Of a DNA stretch of 64,000 bases, positions 60,566 through 64,000 are shown one piece after another. The notes under the pieces are model-generated. The model was not told the origin of the DNA and searched no databases. It saw only the letters and a list, made by a program, of their open reading frames with translations. Position 1 is the first letter of the stretch. Every line of letters starts with the position of its first letter. Source of the stretch: a virus. Position numbers and translations under genes: made by a program. The stretch lies in IMG/VR virus record IMGVR_UViG_3300044615_000494; one strand, given 5' to 3'.

Positions 60566-61978
60566 TTAGTCTGTGACTTTGAAAGAAAGAGCCTGGCTCA
60601 TGTCAGCCGTGCTTAGTTTAGTATATAGTGACACATTACCGTCAACTTTACCTGGCCACAACACTTTGAATACAAGTTTGCCGCCAACAACTCTAGTGAA
60701 AATTTGCATGAAGTTTTCATCTAGTAGTTCAAGAACCGTTTCTCTGAAGCCCGGAATCAATCCATCGTTGATGATTTTTACTAATTCTTTGGTCATGAAA
60801 TATACGACACTGCCGCCCGCTGTGCCTTTGCCCGGCTTCATAAAAGGTTCTTGTGTGAATTTTTTGAACTTGGCAGGGATAGGAGTAGTACCCTTCATCT
60901 TTATATTGGCGAGTACTTTGTCTACGTCATCGTTGCTGAACGGCATTAGTTTTCTTAGATAGTCAGGTATAGCATCTGGATAATGTTGTGATACCCAGTT
61001 CAAGCCCACGAATCCTTGTTTCACAGTAGAAGTAGAATTCATAGTACTGATGAAATCAAGACCGTTGCCGGGCTTAATCTTTCCCTTACGTTTTTCAACA
61101 CTTGACTTTAATCCACTCATTGCTGGAGCGGCACCGGTCGCAGTCTTACCTACGCCACCTTTACTACTGATCATGATAGTATGACCAGTCTGTGCGTTCT
61201 GTACGCCGTAACTGTCTGCGAGACTTGCGTTCTGCTCACCGGGGAAGATCAATAATAAATTATCTAAATTCTGAGACTTCAAGAATTTTAAGAATGCTTC
61301 CTTCTTGGGGAACTCTGCAACGTCTTTGACCATTGCCAATATGCCTAGATACTCGCCAGCATCGATAGCCATAGTCTTTTGTGTTCGTTCATCATATTGC
61401 TTGACCGAAGGATTTTGACCCTCGTTGATTTCTTTAGCAGCCTGCTTGATAGCCGCACCCAAATCTCCTGCTTTATCTAATGTAGGGTTGGACATGATCA
61501 CATCATATAACTTACCTGCAGGGATTTCTTTATGTGCGTCTAATGCGTCTTGTATCGCTTGGTCTGTGGTTACAACTTCTTTTTTCTTACCCTTGATCGC
61601 AGCCTTAGGATTTGTAGCGATGCCGATACCTATAGGCTGTACGTTGACTGATTGTGTCGCTTGACCAGTAGCCTTTTGTAGATCGGCCTTTTCAAATTTT
61701 TTAGTAGACATCAAGCCATGATCTTTGATTTTTACTTGTATGTCAGGGGCAGCAAACATTGGATTCTTTAAAAGAGCCTGCACAGTTTTTGTGACGACAG
61801 GTTCAAGTCTTTCGCCTTCACCTTCTTCAGGATAATACTCGTTACCTGCTTTATCTACGAAAGGTGTACCTGAGTGCAACTTACTGATAAAGGCGCTGGG
61901 TCTCCAAGTCAAATGTCTGGGATCAAACAATGCACTGGAATCTAGTGACTTTTCTGTTAAAAATTCTTTTGCTCGCAT
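60566..61978 (-). CDS. Large hypothetical protein, possibly virion-associated
   Basis: MRAKEFLTE N-terminal motif typical of late proteins in large phages; TAAATA upstream. Confidence 0.6.
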   Translation of the reverse strand: MRAKEFLTEKSLDSSALFDPRHLTWRPSAFISKLHSGTPFVDKAGNEYYPEEGEGERLEPVVTKTVQALLKNPMFAAPDIQVKIKDHGLMSTKKFEKADLQKATGQATQSVNVQPIGIGIATNPKAAIKGKKKEVVTTDQAIQDALDAHKEIPAGKLYDVIMSNPTLDKAGDLGAAIKQAAKEINEGQNPSVKQYDERTQKTMAIDAGEYLGILAMVKDVAEFPKKEAFLKFLKSQNLDNLLLIFPGEQNASLADSYGVQNAQTGHTIMISSKGGVGKTATGAAPAMSGLKSSVEKRKGKIKPGNGLDFISTMNSTSTVKQGFVGLNWVSQHYPDAIPDYLRKLMPFSNDDVDKVLANIKMKGTTPIPAKFKKFTQEPFMKPGKGTAGGSVVYFMTKELVKIINDGLIPGFRETVLELLDENFMQIFTRVVGGKLVFKVLWPGKVDGNVSLYTKLSTADMSQALSFKVTD

Positions 61979-61997
61979 TATAGTATTTATTCAACTA

Positions 61998-62489
61998 CTA
62001 GCATTTGAAAAGTTGTTGTGTCTGGAACCATTTGTTATGATCATTAAATGTTTTTAATGGAATACTGTGCTTTTTGAATTTGTCTTTCCATTGATAAAAA
62101 CTAGGACCATGACTCATGATAGGATCCAGACCTTTCTTCATACGTCTCTTACTGTAAACATCCCATTGCCATTGATGAACCATCTCATGCGCTAGAGCCA
62201 TGATTAGCCATTGACGGCAATACCAACGCTCAGATAACAAAATGACGCATCTAGACCTGCCCCTATCATACATCGTGTCAGCACCATAGCATTGTCCCCA
62301 CATTTCCCTTAGTCTGGGTTTTACATGGATCTTGGGCATACTCAATCTGTCGTTAAATATGCTACTATTAATAAGACGATATAGAGCCTTAGTTTCCCTG
62401 ATATTGGTGACATAAGACATCTTTCTTTGATATGTCAGAGTAGGGAGTTCTTGGGACATTAAATCTTTCAGGGTAACATTATGATACAT
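61998..62489 (-). CDS. SprT-like zinc metalloprotease
   Basis: WGQC, LAHEMVHQWQ and HGPSF..W motifs. Confidence 0.8.
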   Translation of the reverse strand: MYHNVTLKDLMSQELPTLTYQRKMSYVTNIRETKALYRLINSSIFNDRLSMPKIHVKPRLREMWGQCYGADTMYDRGRSRCVILLSERWYCRQWLIMALAHEMVHQWQWDVYSKRRMKKGLDPIMSHGPSFYQWKDKFKKHSIPLKTFNDHNKWFQTQQLFKC

Positions 62490-62515
62490 GTCTCATCTCC
62501 TCTTTCATATGATAT

Positions 62516-62758
62516 TTATTTCTTCAAACTGTCTATATACTCTTGGTATTCCCGATTGGGGTGATTTGTCAGTCTTTTATGATACAGAAAAATTACGGTT
62601 TTAGCAGCCGTTCCGGGAAAAAGACCTGGAATAAACCCGTGCAACATACTTGCTATACCTGCCCAAATCAGTCTAAACCCGGCTAGAAACGCCCAAATTA
62701 AGTGGCTAAAGTAGGTTTCTTTGCTTTTTTCGAGGTGCTCTCGGCTTTTCTTAAACAT
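62516..62758 (-). CDS. Small membrane-associated hypothetical protein
   Basis: HL....ETYF.H...A...L..AG.AS.LH...P..F motif. Confidence 0.6.
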   Translation of the reverse strand: MFKKSREHLEKSKETYFSHLIWAFLAGFRLIWAGIASMLHGFIPGLFPGTAAKTVIFLYHKRLTNHPNREYQEYIDSLKK

Positions 62759-62825
62759 TGTTATTTTCCCTAAAATATTTATGTGTTATAAAAATAAGTT
62801 AAATAAGTTTTTAGGAGAAAAAACA

Positions 62826-63137
62826 ATGGACGCATTCGTATTAGTATTATTAGTCATCGCTGGTGGTTTAGCCGCACTTTGGTACTTCAATAGAGGTACT
62901 AAGGACTTCGATACCAACAAAGATGGCGCAGTCAATTTTGACGATGCTAAGAAGGCTGTTGAAAATACAGTTCAAGGTGTTAAGGCTGTAGCAGATGTAA
63001 ACAAAGACGGTACTGTTAATGTTGCTGATGCTAAGGAAGTAGTTGCTAAGGCCAGAAAGACGGTAGCCAAGAAGGCCGCCCCTAAGGCTAAGCCTGCTGC
63101 CAAGAAGACATCACCTAAACTTAAAGTAGCAAAATAA
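62826..63137 (+). CDS. Membrane-anchored protein with EF-hand-like loops and K/A/P-rich tail
   Basis: RBS AGGAG; N-terminal TM segment; DTNKDGAVNFDD and DVNKDGTVNVAD; AKKAAPKAKPAAKK. Confidence 0.7.
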   Translation: MDAFVLVLLVIAGGLAALWYFNRGTKDFDTNKDGAVNFDDAKKAVENTVQGVKAVADVNKDGTVNVADAKEVVAKARKTVAKKAAPKAKPAAKKTSPKLKVAK

Positions 63138-63144
63138 GACCGAG

Positions 63145-63834
63145 ATGGAGATAGGATTTGATTTAATCGGCGATTTGAATCTAGACCCAGAAGAAAGTTT
63201 CAACTGGGAGGGCAAAGCAACCAGCCTGTATTGCATAGTCGCTGGAAATGTTAGTGATGACTTAAGAACAGTTTTTCAAACTTTAAGTCACCTAAGCAGA
63301 TTCTATCAAGGTATTTTTTATGTTCCAGGATTAGAAGAGTACAAGAACAGTACTGACTTCGAAATCAGGACTAAAGAAATTCAAACTTTAGTTAGAAGAT
63401 TACCTAAGGTTGCGTTGCTATACCATCATGTAGTAATTATTGATGGTATAGCAATACTCGGCATCAATGGCTTCAGCGCAGATAATCCTGATGACATTGA
63501 TATACAATTGATCAAGGCTAGACTTGATGATATCGCATATTTGAATAAGAGTGTGGCTAAACTACAAACTCATTTAGATGTGAAGAGCATTCTTGTTGTC
63601 ACAGCATGTGTTCCTAGCAAGCAATTATATTTTGGTAAAGTACCGGAACACGTTGACGATCATATATACCCCGATCATTGCTTTAGTGTTGATACTGAAA
63701 TGAAAATCACTCATTGGGCCTATGGTGGCTCAGATACAGTAGCCGAGACTGTATATCAGAGTGTGACCTACATGAATAACCCATATAAAAAGAAAGGGCC
63801 ATATTGGCCCAAACGTGTTGGAATAGAGACTTAA
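63145..63834 (+). CDS. Degenerate calcineurin-like metallophosphoesterase
   Basis: LIGDLNL, IVAGNV, VPGLEEY, VVTACVP, YGGSD and YMNNP follow the MPP fold order. Confidence 0.6.
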   Translation: MEIGFDLIGDLNLDPEESFNWEGKATSLYCIVAGNVSDDLRTVFQTLSHLSRFYQGIFYVPGLEEYKNSTDFEIRTKEIQTLVRRLPKVALLYHHVVIIDGIAILGINGFSADNPDDIDIQLIKARLDDIAYLNKSVAKLQTHLDVKSILVVTACVPSKQLYFGKVPEHVDDHIYPDHCFSVDTEMKITHWAYGGSDTVAETVYQSVTYMNNPYKKKGPYWPKRVGIET

Positions 63835-63999
63835 TTATTTCTCTGCTTCAACTTTGACTTGCAATGGATAGCCCTGTGATCTGGCTTCCAGGGTTACTTC
63901 AATACCTTTTTGTTCTGCAATCTCATAAGGAAGCACAGCAACTACTGCGCTACCGTTATCATGAATATCTTTTGTGATAGTAGTGGCAGTATCTGGATT
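63835..63999 (-). CDS. clpS: ClpS adaptor (partial, C-terminal half)
   Basis: NPDTATTITKDIHDNGSAVVAVLPYEIAEQKGIEVTLEARSQGYPLQVKVEAEK*; runs off the window end; not in the ORF track. Confidence 0.8.
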   Translation of the reverse strand, partial: NPDTATTITKDIHDNGSAVVAVLPYEIAEQKGIEVTLEARSQGYPLQVKVEAEK

Positions 64000-64000
64000 A

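Overview
This AT-rich, gene-dense window reads as part of a very large (jumbo/huge) tailed dsDNA phage genome, probably infecting a Proteobacterium. That assignment is inferred, because no terminase, capsid or polymerase lies in the window. It rests on dispersed CCA-encoding tRNAs, a tandem array of collagen-like fibre genes, repeated strong sigma70 early promoters driving tiny hypothetical genes, a T4-like late TAA(A/G)TA motif before most other genes, and isolated host-type genes. Contents: 7 tRNAs; a tRNA-bounded four-gene biosynthetic operon (2OG-Fe(II) oxygenase, short DegT-type aminotransferase, B12-binding radical SAM, amidinotransferase); PstS plus an outer-membrane porin behind a possible Pho box; an iron/redox set (Fpr, FdxA-type ferredoxin, ErpA-type carrier, heme oxygenase, Fe/Mn SOD); purine and nucleotide salvage enzymes; IF-1, ClpP and a partial ClpS; glyco-modifying enzymes (GT4, HAD-nucleotidyltransferase fusion, sulfotransferase-like, SGNH-like, GNAT); five fibre genes; proteases; and three apparent pseudo-enzymes. 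The strongest leads are the amidinotransferase/radical SAM operon, a recurrent TAA(A/G)TA-N4-6-ATG architecture suggesting leaderless late mRNAs alongside a phage IF-1, a candidate pseudoknotted ncRNA after tRNA-Ile2, and a possible self-contained radical-SAM support and virion-decoration system. All calls are by eye from motifs; no searches were run. Several starts were moved from the ORF track to better-supported ATG/GTG codons.
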